Shown here: positions 46,495 through 56,985 of the stretch, piece by piece
Layout of the letters: every line of letters begins with the position of its first letter
Position numbering within the stretch: position 1 is the first letter of the stretch
Origin: an uncultured Gammaproteobacteria bacterium
GTDB lineage: Bacteria > Patescibacteriota > Patescibacteriia > UBA9934 > GWF2-40-263
Assembly: GCA_964402425.1 (NCBI GenBank)
Contig: CAYOCD010000002.1
Span: 27,612 to 91,611, forward strand
DNA: 64,000 nt
Reading direction: 5' to 3'
Position numbers and translations under genes: made by a program
Notes under the pieces: model-generated
What the model was told of the DNA's origin: nothing
What the model saw: the letters and a program-made list of their open reading frames with translations, nothing else
The model's database searches: none

Positions 46495-48029
46495 TTCAAG
46501 AATTCCTCGGCAAACCTTTTCGACTCGCTCTGCTTGGATTTGTAGGGATATTTGCTTTATCGATAATTGGATATTTTTTTCACTTGAGTCTTGCCTTACT
46601 TGGTCTTATTGGACTTGTTACGAGTGTGGCAACTCTTCGGAAACTGGAATATGGACTTGCGATAGCCTTTCTTGAGTTGCTTTCAAATGCACACGGATTC
46701 ATTTTGTATGCATCTATTGGAGATATGCGCGTCTCAGCTCGCATGATCATTTTTCTTGGTGTGTTTCTGGGGTGGGGAATAACGCTTTTAATGCAAAAAC
46801 GTTTTATTCAGTGGCGTGATGGTCGAATCATACCCTTTGTACCACTGTTTATAGCTATTGCCATTGGTGGATTGGTTGGTGTCATGAATCGATCTGCTGC
46901 GGAAGTTTTTCAAGATGGGAATGCTTATCTGTTCTTGCTTTATATTCTCCCAATCTTATCTATATCATGGGACGGATTGAAACAACGTGTTGTTTTACAG
47001 ATGTTTGCGGCAGCTACCGTGTTTACGACAGCCGCTTCTCTTTTTATTCTTTATGCGTTTACACATCTCTCACAATCGTTTTTGCGTATCTTGTATGTGT
47101 ACCTACGAGATATTCGTTTTGCAGAAATGACGCATGTTGGAATGGGGATGTATCGTATTTTTGAGCAAACACAAATATTCGCCATTGTCTTTGGATTGAT
47201 TCTATTGGAACGTAGTTTTCGCAAACAAGAAAGAAATCATCGATGGATGATGATCCTTCTTTTGTCATGCGTGTTTATATTGTTGCTGGTTGGAATGTCA
47301 CGCAGTTTTTTCTTTGGATTGTTTGGGGCATTCCTTGTGTTAATTCCTTGGCTCTTCATTGGACTAAAAATTTCATTGCGAGATGCAATGCTTGGAATTG
47401 GTTCGATTTTAATGGCTGGTTTTATTGCATGCACATTGATTTACTCAACTGTTATCTTTCCGTTTCCTCATACGAGAGCAGCTGGCGAGTATTTATCAGG
47501 GGTTTTTGGTGAGCGCGCAATCGGTTCCGATGTTGCCGTTTCAAGTCGTTGGAACTTGTTAAATCCCATGCTTGATCTTGTGAAAGAAGGTCCTTTGTTC
47601 GGAAACGGATTTGGACAACCTGTTACATTTGTGACAGATGATCCACGTATTCGCGCTATTCATCCGGATGGTGCATGGACAACAACGTCTATGGAGTGGG
47701 GTTGGCTTGAGCTTTGGATTAAAATGGGAATTTTCGGTCCGATCGGTTTTGTGGCATTGTTTGCATATATAACCATTGCATCCACGAGAATGTTCAAAAC
47801 AGAAAAAGCTTGGATTGGTGTTTGGGTTGTTGGATCTTCCATGTTTGTTTATCTCACACACTTTTTTTCACCGTATCTGAATCATCCAATCGGCATCGGA
47901 CTTATTCTTGTATTTTTGATTTTTTTACCAAGTATTTCATGGCCAAGTTTTTTTGTTCAGATACAGGAAAAACAAAAAATACCGAGAGCTAAGCTCACGG
48001 CATCTGTTGTGACTTCTAGTCAGAAATAA
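46491..48029 (+). CDS. polytopic membrane protein, O-antigen polymerase/ligase (Wzy-like) family
   Basis: More than 10 TM helices and a periplasmic loop region typical of Wzy_C-type proteins. Start at ATG 46491, overlapping the upstream stop. Confidence 0.5.
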   Translation: MIQEFLGKPFRLALLGFVGIFALSIIGYFFHLSLALLGLIGLVTSVATLRKLEYGLAIAFLELLSNAHGFILYASIGDMRVSARMIIFLGVFLGWGITLLMQKRFIQWRDGRIIPFVPLFIAIAIGGLVGVMNRSAAEVFQDGNAYLFLLYILPILSISWDGLKQRVVLQMFAAATVFTTAASLFILYAFTHLSQSFLRILYVYLRDIRFAEMTHVGMGMYRIFEQTQIFAIVFGLILLERSFRKQERNHRWMMILLLSCVFILLLVGMSRSFFFGLFGAFLVLIPWLFIGLKISLRDAMLGIGSILMAGFIACTLIYSTVIFPFPHTRAAGEYLSGVFGERAIGSDVAVSSRWNLLNPMLDLVKEGPLFGNGFGQPVTFVTDDPRIRAIHPDGAWTTTSMEWGWLELWIKMGIFGPIGFVALFAYITIASTRMFKTEKAWIGVWVVGSSMFVYLTHFFSPYLNHPIGIGLILVFLIFLPSISWPSFFVQIQEKQKIPRAKLTASVVTSSQK

Positions 48030-48972
48030 GATTTGTTTCTAAAAATGATTGATGCCCTCGAATATATTCATTTGGGGACATTTTCGTTTTGCCTTCTGGT
48101 TGAATGGAGATAAGTTGAAGTAGAGAGTGATCGCCGCAGACGATCAAAATTTGATCTGCATCTTTTTGGATTGTTCCGGGTGTGAGATTTGAAGTTTTGC
48201 TAAGTACAAGCGTTTCGTGAACAACGATACGAACCTCTTTTTCATCTTCTTTCCAGAGAAAATACGTTCCAGGCCAAGGTTTCATCGCACGTATCTGTTG
48301 GTCAATCTCAAGGGCAGATTTTGACCAATCAATTTTTCCATCTTCTTTGGATAGTATTTTTGAATATGTGGCTAAAGCATTGTCTTGTGGAGTTGCAACA
48401 CGTTCTCCTGTTGTCCATTTTTGCAATGCTTCGAGAAGTAATGGTACGCCAATCGTAATAATTTTTGGTTGAATGGTTTCTCCCGTTTCTCTGTCTTCAA
48501 TGGGAAATTCGTGGACGGCAAGAATTGGCCCCGTATCCATTCCTTCGTCGAGCAACATAATGGATACGCCGGTTTCTTTTTCACCCATGCGAATCGCTTC
48601 TTGAAATGGCGATGGACCACGATATTTTGGTAATAGTGATGGATGAACATTGATACAGCCAAACTTTGGAAGATCTAGGACAGCTTTTGGAATGATTTTG
48701 CCATAAACAACGACCACAAAAACATCTGCGTTTAATTGTGAAAGTTCTTTTACAACCTGTTCAGAACGTAGTGATTTGTAGGTATATACGGGAATATTCT
48801 GCGTGACGGCGAATTCGTGAATAGCAGATTTTGTCAGAATCGCTTTGCGACCTATTGGTTTTTCGGGTTGAGTAACAACAGCCACCACATCAAAATCCGA
48901 ACTTTTTGTGAGTGCGGATAAAAAAGGAACAGAAAGTTCCGGACTTCCAAAATAGACAACGCGTGTCTTCAT
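48016..48972 (-). CDS. fmt: methionyl-tRNA formyltransferase
   Basis: N-terminal VVYFGSPELSVPFL, HPSLLPKYRG, C-terminal PUA-like domain. Confidence 0.85.
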   Translation of the reverse strand: MKTRVVYFGSPELSVPFLSALTKSSDFDVVAVVTQPEKPIGRKAILTKSAIHEFAVTQNIPVYTYKSLRSEQVVKELSQLNADVFVVVVYGKIIPKAVLDLPKFGCINVHPSLLPKYRGPSPFQEAIRMGEKETGVSIMLLDEGMDTGPILAVHEFPIEDRETGETIQPKIITIGVPLLLEALQKWTTGERVATPQDNALATYSKILSKEDGKIDWSKSALEIDQQIRAMKPWPGTYFLWKEDEKEVRIVVHETLVLSKTSNLTPGTIQKDADQILIVCGDHSLLQLISIQPEGKTKMSPNEYIRGHQSFLETNLISD

Positions 48973-49445
48973 AATTTTGGGTGAGATGTATAGCGAGTAA
49001 CTTTATCAATAAACAAAATGCCATCCAAATGATCTATTTCATGTTGAAAAACAATCGCCATTAATCCTTCTGCGCGAAATGTTTGTGAAACACCATGGAT
49101 GTTTTGTGCGGTTACGGTAACGCCACGATGTCGTTTTACGATGCCAAATACTCCAGGCACAGAAAGACATCCTTCCTCACTCTCAGTTTTTGTAAATGAT
49201 TTTGAAAGAATTTTTGGATTGAAAAAAGCTTGAGGTTGTTTTTCTCCAACATCAACAATAATGACGCGTTTGTGTATTCCAACTTGTGGAGCAGCAATGC
49301 CGATCCCGTTTTCAACACGCATCGTTTCAATCAAATCTCGCACCAATATTTGCGCTTCTTTTGAAGCAATTTCTTCTTTTGGGAATTCTGCTGAAACAAT
49401 GCGTAATTCAGCATTTGGAGATGTGAGGACGGTTCTTGATGTCAT
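48969..49445 (-). CDS. def: peptide deformylase
   Basis: Motifs GIGIAAPQVG, EGCLSVPG, HEIDHLDG. Confidence 0.85.
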   Translation of the reverse strand: MTSRTVLTSPNAELRIVSAEFPKEEIASKEAQILVRDLIETMRVENGIGIAAPQVGIHKRVIIVDVGEKQPQAFFNPKILSKSFTKTESEEGCLSVPGVFGIVKRHRGVTVTAQNIHGVSQTFRAEGLMAIVFQHEIDHLDGILFIDKVTRYTSHPKL

Positions 49446-49457
49446 AGGGGGTAGATT

Positions 49458-51302
49458 TTAGCCCGTATTTGCTTGTGTGTCAATAATAACACGATCCGGA
49501 AAGCTCCGAAATAACGTGAGAAGTTTTGATCGATCTTCTTGCGGATAGCGAATTTCAAGAAGGTATTCATTTTGATTCTGAGACTTTGTTTTTTTGATGC
49601 GAGCCATGCTTGAGACGCCACGAATCTGTTGAACAAGTTGGTTTTGAAAAATATCTGCTTTGCGTGGTTCTTTTTCATCAAAATGAAGGGTAGAAATCTC
49701 GCAGAATGGTGGTTGAATATAGGATTGACGTGCTTCTTGTTCGATGGCAAGGGAAGTGGTTGGATTCTGAAAGTATTCAGTAAAAAAAGGAACGGAGCGT
49801 GTTTGAACAAAAAATTGTGCGCGATTCGCAAACGCTAAGGCACGCCAGCCCTCGCATTCATAGAGGGCCGCTTCGCTTGCTCGATATGTTGGTCGAAAAA
49901 GGGGTGCATCCGCATCAAGAACAACGACAAGAGCGAATTGATCCGGTTTGAAGGCGTTTGCCATTTGTTCAAGGTAGTATGAGGTCGCAATAACAAGTGG
50001 TGCAATCGCGTTCATGTGCGGATGTTCTTTGTCGATAAGACACGTTGTTGTGTTTGGGAATTCTTTTCGGAGCAGTGCGTCAATTTTTTGATTTCCAAAT
50101 CCAGATTCTTTAAGCGTTATCTCATGACATTTGGGACAGGAGCGAATGATGGGAATTGATGATTTACATCGAACACATCTCATGAATAAATCATCGAGAA
50201 TCATTCCGTTGCCACATGTTTCACAGACAACATCTGATCCGCATGATAAACATGCCAAGCGTCGTGCATGATATTTTTTATTCAATACAACAAGCACTCG
50301 TTCGCCGCGTTCAAGATGGGATTGTGTTGTTTGATATGTTTCGTGCGAAATCCAATGTCCAATTGCGGATGCGCGGCTTTGATGTTCCATGTCGATGATC
50401 TGCGGAGCAAGATTTGGAGAAGACCCGAGGATGTTCGTTTTTGAAAAAATGACCGTATCCTCAATACGAGGCATCACATCAAGAAAAAAAAGGTTTGTAT
50501 GGTGGTGTTCTGCAATGAGATGAGAAAGAGTACGTGCATCAAATCGAGGGTTTTGTTCATGATGCCCATGATTTTCATGGCTTGAACGAGCGACAAAAAT
50601 GGTTGTTGTTTTTGTGTCTACCGCAAAGAGACAGTTTTTTGTTCCAACCATAACGCAGGCATCTGTTTTACGAAAGGCATTCCAAACTGAAAATTGTGTG
50701 CCCGTGTTTTCTTCACCTGTAAGAAGAAAACGCGTTTCGATTGGCAGGTGCGCATATAGACGCTGCGCATCAAGAATTGTAGGACAAAGGACAATGCATT
50801 TTTGATCAGGTTTGAGACGTACAAAACCAGCAATAACACAGGCCATGCGGCGTATGTCTGATGTGTATACAAACGCACGACTTCGTTCTGTTAATTGCTG
50901 AGCAAGGAGTTGAAGTCCGTCAAGTTCTGAAGGGGAAATGGTTAGTGGCTCATTTGGAGGTACTGAGGGTGTTTTTGTCGATACACGCTTTGGAAATTCA
51001 GGAAGACAGCTATTTAAAATAGATGGAACAGATTGAGCAAGCTCAATGGCAATATTTTCGAATAATTTCAATTCTGTGTCTGAAAATACAACACGAGAGT
51101 CATAACGCGTAATAGATTTGAGTCGAAAACCATGATCTGCAACATCTTTTACACGAGCAATAACTCCGAATATTGATGTGTTCCGGAAGGGAATCACAAC
51201 AACATCACCTCGTTTGAGATGATGAAGTTCTTCTGGGATGGCATAATCAAAGACACGTACGTGTCGAGGCATGCGCATGATCGGATACACCTCTGCGATC
51301 AT
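49458..51302 (-). CDS. priA: primosomal protein N' (PriA)-like, with degenerate ATPase motifs
   Basis: N-terminal 3'-DNA-binding domain HVRVFDYAIPEEL...GDVVVIPFRNT and Cys4-Cys4 insertion CLSCGSDVVCETCG...CVRCKS...CPKCHE. Where GxGKT and DEEH are expected the sequence reads VYTSDIRRMA and VARSSHENH. Confidence 0.65.
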   Translation of the reverse strand: MIAEVYPIMRMPRHVRVFDYAIPEELHHLKRGDVVVIPFRNTSIFGVIARVKDVADHGFRLKSITRYDSRVVFSDTELKLFENIAIELAQSVPSILNSCLPEFPKRVSTKTPSVPPNEPLTISPSELDGLQLLAQQLTERSRAFVYTSDIRRMACVIAGFVRLKPDQKCIVLCPTILDAQRLYAHLPIETRFLLTGEENTGTQFSVWNAFRKTDACVMVGTKNCLFAVDTKTTTIFVARSSHENHGHHEQNPRFDARTLSHLIAEHHHTNLFFLDVMPRIEDTVIFSKTNILGSSPNLAPQIIDMEHQSRASAIGHWISHETYQTTQSHLERGERVLVVLNKKYHARRLACLSCGSDVVCETCGNGMILDDLFMRCVRCKSSIPIIRSCPKCHEITLKESGFGNQKIDALLRKEFPNTTTCLIDKEHPHMNAIAPLVIATSYYLEQMANAFKPDQFALVVVLDADAPLFRPTYRASEAALYECEGWRALAFANRAQFFVQTRSVPFFTEYFQNPTTSLAIEQEARQSYIQPPFCEISTLHFDEKEPRKADIFQNQLVQQIRGVSSMARIKKTKSQNQNEYLLEIRYPQEDRSKLLTLFRSFPDRVIIDTQANTG

Positions 51303-52099
51303 AATTCATTGAGATGAAATTGAGCAACAAGTTGTCCTACACCAAACGGATGCTCATACGATACAATTTCAGGACGAATGGGCATTTTTTCTAGTAGACC
51401 AAACAAGATAAGTAATGGACGATAAGCACACTCATGCGACTCTTTAAGAGATGTTTCATTGATTGATAAGAGTTGAGAAAGAGACATGTTTTTCATTGAT
51501 TCCAAAATGGCTTCATCTATCTCTTTTCCGGAAGCGTGAAAACCAGCCGGTGCATCAGATGAGAGTGTGTGAGAAAGATCTCCAGAGGCAATGACGGCAA
51601 TGCGTTTTGATGAGGCAACACAAAGATCTTTTAAGATGCGTCCAAACTCTACATGTGCTTTTGGGGAAAGAAAACTATATCTGATTGGGGCAATGACGTG
51701 TGTATTTGGCAATGTGCTTGTAAGAAGAACAAGAGGGACGCCAATTTCATAATCCAAGACAGCTTCGGATTCAAGGGTGAAAGGCAATGATTCAATGCGC
51801 ATGCGGCGTTGAATTTGAGTCATGAATTCTAAATCTGGTTGGAAGGTTCCTTTTGTTTGATGATCTCCGAATTCTTGAAAATCTACATCATACGTTTTAT
51901 GCATGTTGAGTGAAAACGCATCTTTATACGCATTGCGATGTGTTGAAATGGTTAAAATAACATCGGGACGAGATGCGTAAAGTTCTTCTGCAAGTTTTTG
52001 CATGGCATCATTTGTTTCTTGTAATGCTTTTGTGTTTTCTTTTCCTATTGTCTGAAGCAAAAGAGGGGAGTGTGGAGTAAACGCAGCGAACGTAATCAT
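51299..52099 (-). CDS. class III extradiol dioxygenase (LigB) superfamily / Memo-like protein
   Basis: AAFTPHSP N-terminal motif and the GDLSH motif; 266 aa; 4-nt overlap with priA. Confidence 0.45.
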   Translation of the reverse strand: MITFAAFTPHSPLLLQTIGKENTKALQETNDAMQKLAEELYASRPDVILTISTHRNAYKDAFSLNMHKTYDVDFQEFGDHQTKGTFQPDLEFMTQIQRRMRIESLPFTLESEAVLDYEIGVPLVLLTSTLPNTHVIAPIRYSFLSPKAHVEFGRILKDLCVASSKRIAVIASGDLSHTLSSDAPAGFHASGKEIDEAILESMKNMSLSQLLSINETSLKESHECAYRPLLILFGLLEKMPIRPEIVSYEHPFGVGQLVAQFHLNEL

Positions 52100-52100
52100 A

Positions 52101-53108
52101 TTAAATCGGAAAAATGAGAGATCCTTCCTTGTATCGTTTTAAGTCGTTCCCTTCAACCGGAATCACATCATCGATGTGAAACCCTGCATTATGAAATGCT
52201 TGCATAGAGACGAATCCTCGTTTGACATGATCGACAATGAGAAAAATAGATCCGTTTGGTGTGCGCAGAAGGGAATAGTTTGGAAAATCAATAGGAGCTC
52301 CATCCGGATATTGTTCTATGACAGAAATACTGGTTGGAACAATGGTGTTTGTGTTGAAACGAGATTTAAGAACGGCTTCTGAGATGATTGGACGTTTTTT
52401 TTCGCCTTGTACAAGCCATACAGCACCTGTTTTGCGATTTTGAATGAGTGTTCCGTCAGGAAATTTTTTTGTGAACCAACGGTTCCAAATATTCATAAAG
52501 TTCACATTTCCTTGTTTGTGGGGAGTATAGGTATATAAAGCAGCTGTTGCATTATTTTGAGGAACAAGTGCTGAGCCGTCAATAACGGATTCGATTCCAG
52601 GACCGTATCCGGAAACAGTCTTGCCACTTGTTGTGAGTTTAGAGAGATACGATTCTCGAATACGCTGTGATGCGTAATAAACTTGTTTTCCAAAACCACG
52701 ATATTTTTGAAGAAGTGGATCTGATTTAGAACAATCATCACAGATCGCATATCCCATTGCCCAGTCAAGTTGTCTTTGAGTTACTTTCTTGCTTTCCACA
52801 AGACTTTGTTCTTTTTGGAGAGTGACAAGAATAACCCGAGGATTTAAATTAAATTCTTTTGCGGTGTTTGCAATGATTTCTGCTGCTGAACGAGTGACAC
52901 CTTTTATGTCTTTTGTTTTGTAATTTCCAAGAAATCCATTTGCTAAAAATACTTGAATGTCTTCACGCGTCATTGTGTCAACATCTGTCATGTCCGCGTC
53001 TGATAACAAATGCTCAGGGCTTGGAGCGAGTGATGTCGCCAAAACAACCGACGGGATCAACGTAGAAAGAAAAAATGCAAGGATAATAACAGAAAAAAAC
53101 ATTCTCAT
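52101..53108 (-). CDS. hypothetical secreted protein
   Basis: Signal peptide MRMFFSVIILAFFLSTLIPSVVLA; no recognisable domain. Confidence 0.4.
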   Translation of the reverse strand: MRMFFSVIILAFFLSTLIPSVVLATSLAPSPEHLLSDADMTDVDTMTREDIQVFLANGFLGNYKTKDIKGVTRSAAEIIANTAKEFNLNPRVILVTLQKEQSLVESKKVTQRQLDWAMGYAICDDCSKSDPLLQKYRGFGKQVYYASQRIRESYLSKLTTSGKTVSGYGPGIESVIDGSALVPQNNATAALYTYTPHKQGNVNFMNIWNRWFTKKFPDGTLIQNRKTGAVWLVQGEKKRPIISEAVLKSRFNTNTIVPTSISVIEQYPDGAPIDFPNYSLLRTPNGSIFLIVDHVKRGFVSMQAFHNAGFHIDDVIPVEGNDLKRYKEGSLIFPI

Positions 53109-53146
53109 GAGCCTTTAGTATAGCGCAAAACATCTGATTGGACAAA

Positions 53147-53176
53147 CAAAATACAAGCCAAAAAGCTTGTATTTTG
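53147..53176 (-). terminator. terminator hairpin downstream of clpB
   Basis: aaatacaagc-caaaaa-gcttgtattt, a 10-bp stem; on the minus strand it is followed by a tgtttgt T-rich tract. Confidence 0.45.
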
Positions 53177-53181
53177 AGGGC

Positions 53182-55830
53182 TTATCGTGTTTTGGTTGAG
53201 ATGGTGATTTCTTCTTGCTTTGTGTTAATGAGAACGTTTTTTCCTTCTTTAATTTCGCCAGATACGATTTTGAGAGCAAGCGGATCAAGAATACGTGTCT
53301 GAATGATTCGCTTTACGGGACGAGCGCCGTATGATGGATCATATCCAAGTTTTGCAATAAGGGCTCGAGCCGATTCAGATACAACGAGTTCAATATGTCG
53401 TTGGGTCTTAAGTCTGTAAGCAACACGATCCAGCTGAATTTGTACAATAGCTTCCATGTCTTCTGAGCGAAGTGCATGAAAGACAATTGTTTCGTCTATG
53501 CGGTTTAAGAACTCAGGGCGGAAATGATCTTTTAATAAACTCATGATCGTTTCCCGAATTTCTTTGTCTGAGCTTGTTTCTGTTTCAGATTCTTCATGAA
53601 AACCCATTGCTCCAGTACCAGACCCCGCGTTGAGAATAAGATCAGATCCAACGTTGGATGTCATGATGATAATCGTATTTTTAAAGTTTACTTTACGACC
53701 TTTTGCATCTGTCAGATGTCCTTCGTCGAGAATTTGGAGAAGGAGGTTGAAGGTGTCTGGATGAGCTTTTTCAATTTCATCAAACAGCAAAACGGAATAT
53801 GGTTTACGTCGCACAAGTTCAGTTAACTGACCACCTTCTTCATATCCGACATAGCCAGGTGGGGAACCAATGATTTTTGATGTTGCGTGTTTTTCCATAT
53901 ATTCGCTCATGTCGAGGCGAATCATGGCAGATTCATCATTGAACATAAACTCCGCGAGCGCGCGAGCGAGTTCTGTTTTTCCAACTCCGGTAGGTCCAAG
54001 AAAAATAAATGAACCAATTGGACGATGTTCTTCCCCGATTCCTGCACGAGAACGACGTAACGCATTTGATACGGCGGTGATAGCTTCTGTTTGTCCGATG
54101 ACACGTTTTGAGAGGTCATCTTCCATGCGTGTCAATTTTTTCATTTCAGATTCGAGCATTTTTGAAACAGGAATGTTTGTCCATCGTGAAACAACAGTGG
54201 CAATATCTTCTTCTGTAATGACTTCTTTCAAAAGTCCGCGTTCTTTTTGAATTTTTCGAAGCGCATCTTCAGCCGCCTTCAGTTTCTTTTCTTCAACAGG
54301 CAAATTTGCATAACGAATCTCAGCCACTTTTTCAAGGTTTCCTTTACGTTCCTCTTGTTCTGCTTGTAGTTTTAATCGATCGATTGACGATTTAATTTCG
54401 CGAATGAATGTGATTTTTTCTTTTTCATTTCGCCATTTTCCCTCAAACGCCTCTGTTTGCTCACGCAGATCCGCAATATCTTTTTCGATATTCTTGAGAC
54501 GCGTTTTTGATTCTTTATCATCTTCTTTTTGAAGGGCTTTTTCTTCAATCTCAAGGCGCATCAGATCTCGCTTTAATACATCGAGTTCTTCTGGCATGGA
54601 ATCGATTTGCATACGAAGAGCTGATCCTGCCTCATCCATAAGATCAACCGCTTTATCTGGCAGGTTTCGGTCTGTGATGTAGCGATCAGATAATTCTGCG
54701 GCAGAGATAAGGGAAGGATCCGAAATACGAATTCCGTGGTGAGCTTCATATTTCTCTTTAATTCCACGCAAAATAGCGATTGTATCTTCAACAGTTGGTT
54801 CATCAACAATAACTGGCTGGAAACGACGTTCGAGAGCTGGATCTTTTTCAATATAACGTTGATATTCTTTTAAAGTTGTTGCACCAATAGCTCGAAGTTT
54901 TCCGCGAGCCAATGCAGGTTTTAGCATGTTTGAAGCATCCATAGTTCCGCCTTCCGTTGTTCCTGTTCCAACAAGTGTATGAAGTTCATCGATAAACAAA
55001 ATAATTTGTCCACCGGAATTTTCTATTTCTTTAATAACAGCTTTCAATCGTTCTTCAAATTCACCTCGAAATTTTGTACCTGCAACAAGTGCGCCAACAT
55101 CAAGCATGAAAATCGATTTGTTCTTAAGAAGTTCAGGGACATCTCCGGATGCAATGCGTTGAGCAAGCCCTTCCACAACCGCAGTCTTTCCAACGCCCGC
55201 CTCTCCGATCAAAACAGGATTGTTCTTTGTGCGACGAGAAAGGACCTGCATGAGGCGTCTGATTTCCGTATCGCGACCAATGACAGGATCAAGTTCGCCA
55301 AGGCGCGCAGCTTCTGTGAGATCTGTTCCGTATTTTTGTAATGTTTGATAGCGCGCCTCAGGTTCAGCTGTATCTACACGCTGAGCTCCGCGAATGTCTT
55401 TAAGCGCACGCATCACAGACTCTTCTGTGATTTCATATTTTGCCAACAACTGCTCAACAGGCTTATTTGTTAACAGGGCGAGAAGCAAGTGTTCTGTAGA
55501 AATAAAATCATCTTTAAATTCTTTTGCTTTTTTGTGTGCCATCGATAATACCTCGACCATTTGTTGCGAGAGGTACAATTGTCCAACTCCACCTGCTTGC
55601 GGAGCAGGGGATTTGGGGAGTGTTTCAAGAATATGATCAAGCTCATGACGAAGATTGGATTCTTGCGTGGTGATTTTATCGATAAGTGTTGGAATGATTC
55701 CGTCTTCTTGTGTAAGCAAAGAAACAAGAAGATGAATTGGCTCAAGCGCGGGCTGACCATTTTCAAGGGCAATATTATGCGCACGCTGGAGAGCTTCTTG
55801 TGATTTTAACGTAAAATTATTTGGCATCAT
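53182..55830 (-). CDS. clpB: ATP-dependent chaperone ClpB
   Basis: ORF 53182..55887. Clp N-domain, two AAA modules (GEAGVGKTA and GPTGVGKTE Walker A) and a middle coiled-coil domain. Start placed at MMPNNF (ATG complement 55828-55830), which keeps the CIRCE element in the leader. Confidence 0.9.
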   Translation of the reverse strand: MMPNNFTLKSQEALQRAHNIALENGQPALEPIHLLVSLLTQEDGIIPTLIDKITTQESNLRHELDHILETLPKSPAPQAGGVGQLYLSQQMVEVLSMAHKKAKEFKDDFISTEHLLLALLTNKPVEQLLAKYEITEESVMRALKDIRGAQRVDTAEPEARYQTLQKYGTDLTEAARLGELDPVIGRDTEIRRLMQVLSRRTKNNPVLIGEAGVGKTAVVEGLAQRIASGDVPELLKNKSIFMLDVGALVAGTKFRGEFEERLKAVIKEIENSGGQIILFIDELHTLVGTGTTEGGTMDASNMLKPALARGKLRAIGATTLKEYQRYIEKDPALERRFQPVIVDEPTVEDTIAILRGIKEKYEAHHGIRISDPSLISAAELSDRYITDRNLPDKAVDLMDEAGSALRMQIDSMPEELDVLKRDLMRLEIEEKALQKEDDKESKTRLKNIEKDIADLREQTEAFEGKWRNEKEKITFIREIKSSIDRLKLQAEQEERKGNLEKVAEIRYANLPVEEKKLKAAEDALRKIQKERGLLKEVITEEDIATVVSRWTNIPVSKMLESEMKKLTRMEDDLSKRVIGQTEAITAVSNALRRSRAGIGEEHRPIGSFIFLGPTGVGKTELARALAEFMFNDESAMIRLDMSEYMEKHATSKIIGSPPGYVGYEEGGQLTELVRRKPYSVLLFDEIEKAHPDTFNLLLQILDEGHLTDAKGRKVNFKNTIIIMTSNVGSDLILNAGSGTGAMGFHEESETETSSDKEIRETIMSLLKDHFRPEFLNRIDETIVFHALRSEDMEAIVQIQLDRVAYRLKTQRHIELVVSESARALIAKLGYDPSYGARPVKRIIQTRILDPLALKIVSGEIKEGKNVLINTKQEEITISTKTR

Positions 55831-55880
55831 ATGGGAAAGATTTGAAAAGTCGGAAAGGTCGAAAATGTTTGAGAGACAAA

Positions 55881-55907
55881 TTAGCACTCATAATGTTAGA
55901 GTGCTAA
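55881..55907 (-). promoter_or_regulatory. CIRCE operator (HrcA binding site) upstream of clpB
   Basis: TTAGCACTC-ATAATGTTA-GAGTGCTAA, a perfect match to the CIRCE consensus TTAGCACTC-N9-GAGTGCTAA, lying 51 nt upstream of the clpB ATG. Confidence 0.8.
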
Positions 55908-55921
55908 TTTATAATTGTCAA
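55893..55921 (-). promoter_or_regulatory. sigma70-like promoter overlapping CIRCE
   Basis: On the minus strand: TTGACA (plus 55916-55921), a 17-nt spacer that runs into the CIRCE left arm, then TAACAT. Confidence 0.4.
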
Positions 55922-55950
55922 CAAAAAAAGCTCTTCATGAATGAAGAGCT
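55922..55950 (-). terminator. rho-independent terminator of the upstream hypothetical gene
   Basis: agctcttca-tgaa-tgaagagct hairpin; a T7 run follows on the minus strand. Confidence 0.55.
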
Positions 55951-55953
55951 AAG

Positions 55954-56820
55954 TTATTTTGGTACCTTCATCGTAACGATGTGGTTGCCTACATGGCCCA
56001 TGTAGCAAAGGCCGTGGGTGGGGTGATTGAAAAGAGAACTCACTTTTTCAAATGTAGGATGAGGACCTGACTTAAAAACCCAACGTTCCATCTTGTGTCG
56101 AGCGGTAGTGACTTCTGCAAATTGATTTCCGCGAAGCTCGACACCATGAAGTACATTGTCTTGAATGTTTGCGATGGGATCTTCTTCGAAGCGTCCGAAT
56201 TTAAGGACATAATCGTCTGCGTAAACTCCATAGACGGCACCCGCCTCAGATTCCATGAGCGATTTGTACCTGCGTGTTGTGGTGCTACAAGGAGTTGAGG
56301 CACACGAATCGAGATTCACTGTCTGATACTCAGAACAAAACATCTTTTCACACACGATCAAAACGGATCCGTCGCGTCGCAGAAGGGCATGATTGATACC
56401 GCTTGTAAGGAAAACAATTTTGTCCCCATACATCAATACACTGTCATGACATTGAGCTTCCGCAAGTCCATCTTTTTCGATCCGAATGAATTCACCTTTA
56501 TACACACCGAGGGGCACAATGCTCGTAGTAGGACCTATTTGATACTCACGGTTCAGACAAATGAATTTGTGCTCGATGACTCTTCGACCAAATCCGCTAA
56601 AAATAACCCCACCGACTCCATCAGGAATCCAATTGCCTATTCCGTGCATTTCTTCGGTTGGTAGACTAAATAGACCAACGGCTTCATCTGGAATGAGAAC
56701 TCCTGGATTCTTCCCGAATTTTATCACCAGATCTGGAGTGATAGGATCGTCTTTTGCAAGGATCTGATCTGTTAACCAATGCATACGCCTGAGCGCACTA
56801 AGTTCATCGGTATTACGCAT
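55954..56820 (-). CDS. hypothetical protein
   Basis: 288-aa ORF with no recognisable motif. Confidence 0.4.
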   Translation of the reverse strand: MRNTDELSALRRMHWLTDQILAKDDPITPDLVIKFGKNPGVLIPDEAVGLFSLPTEEMHGIGNWIPDGVGGVIFSGFGRRVIEHKFICLNREYQIGPTTSIVPLGVYKGEFIRIEKDGLAEAQCHDSVLMYGDKIVFLTSGINHALLRRDGSVLIVCEKMFCSEYQTVNLDSCASTPCSTTTRRYKSLMESEAGAVYGVYADDYVLKFGRFEEDPIANIQDNVLHGVELRGNQFAEVTTARHKMERWVFKSGPHPTFEKVSSLFNHPTHGLCYMGHVGNHIVTMKVPK

Positions 56821-56985
56821 GAGCTACACTCCTTCATACCTCGCGCATTTCCACACGTTTCCTAAGCACTGTGCCGCGGAAAAATGAAAGGAAATTGCTA
56901 AAGGACTTTGTCATAACCTCAAAAGAGAGATCAGACCTACTTCATCAGAAAATCTTGATATTGTCAAGGAATTACGGTAATATTT

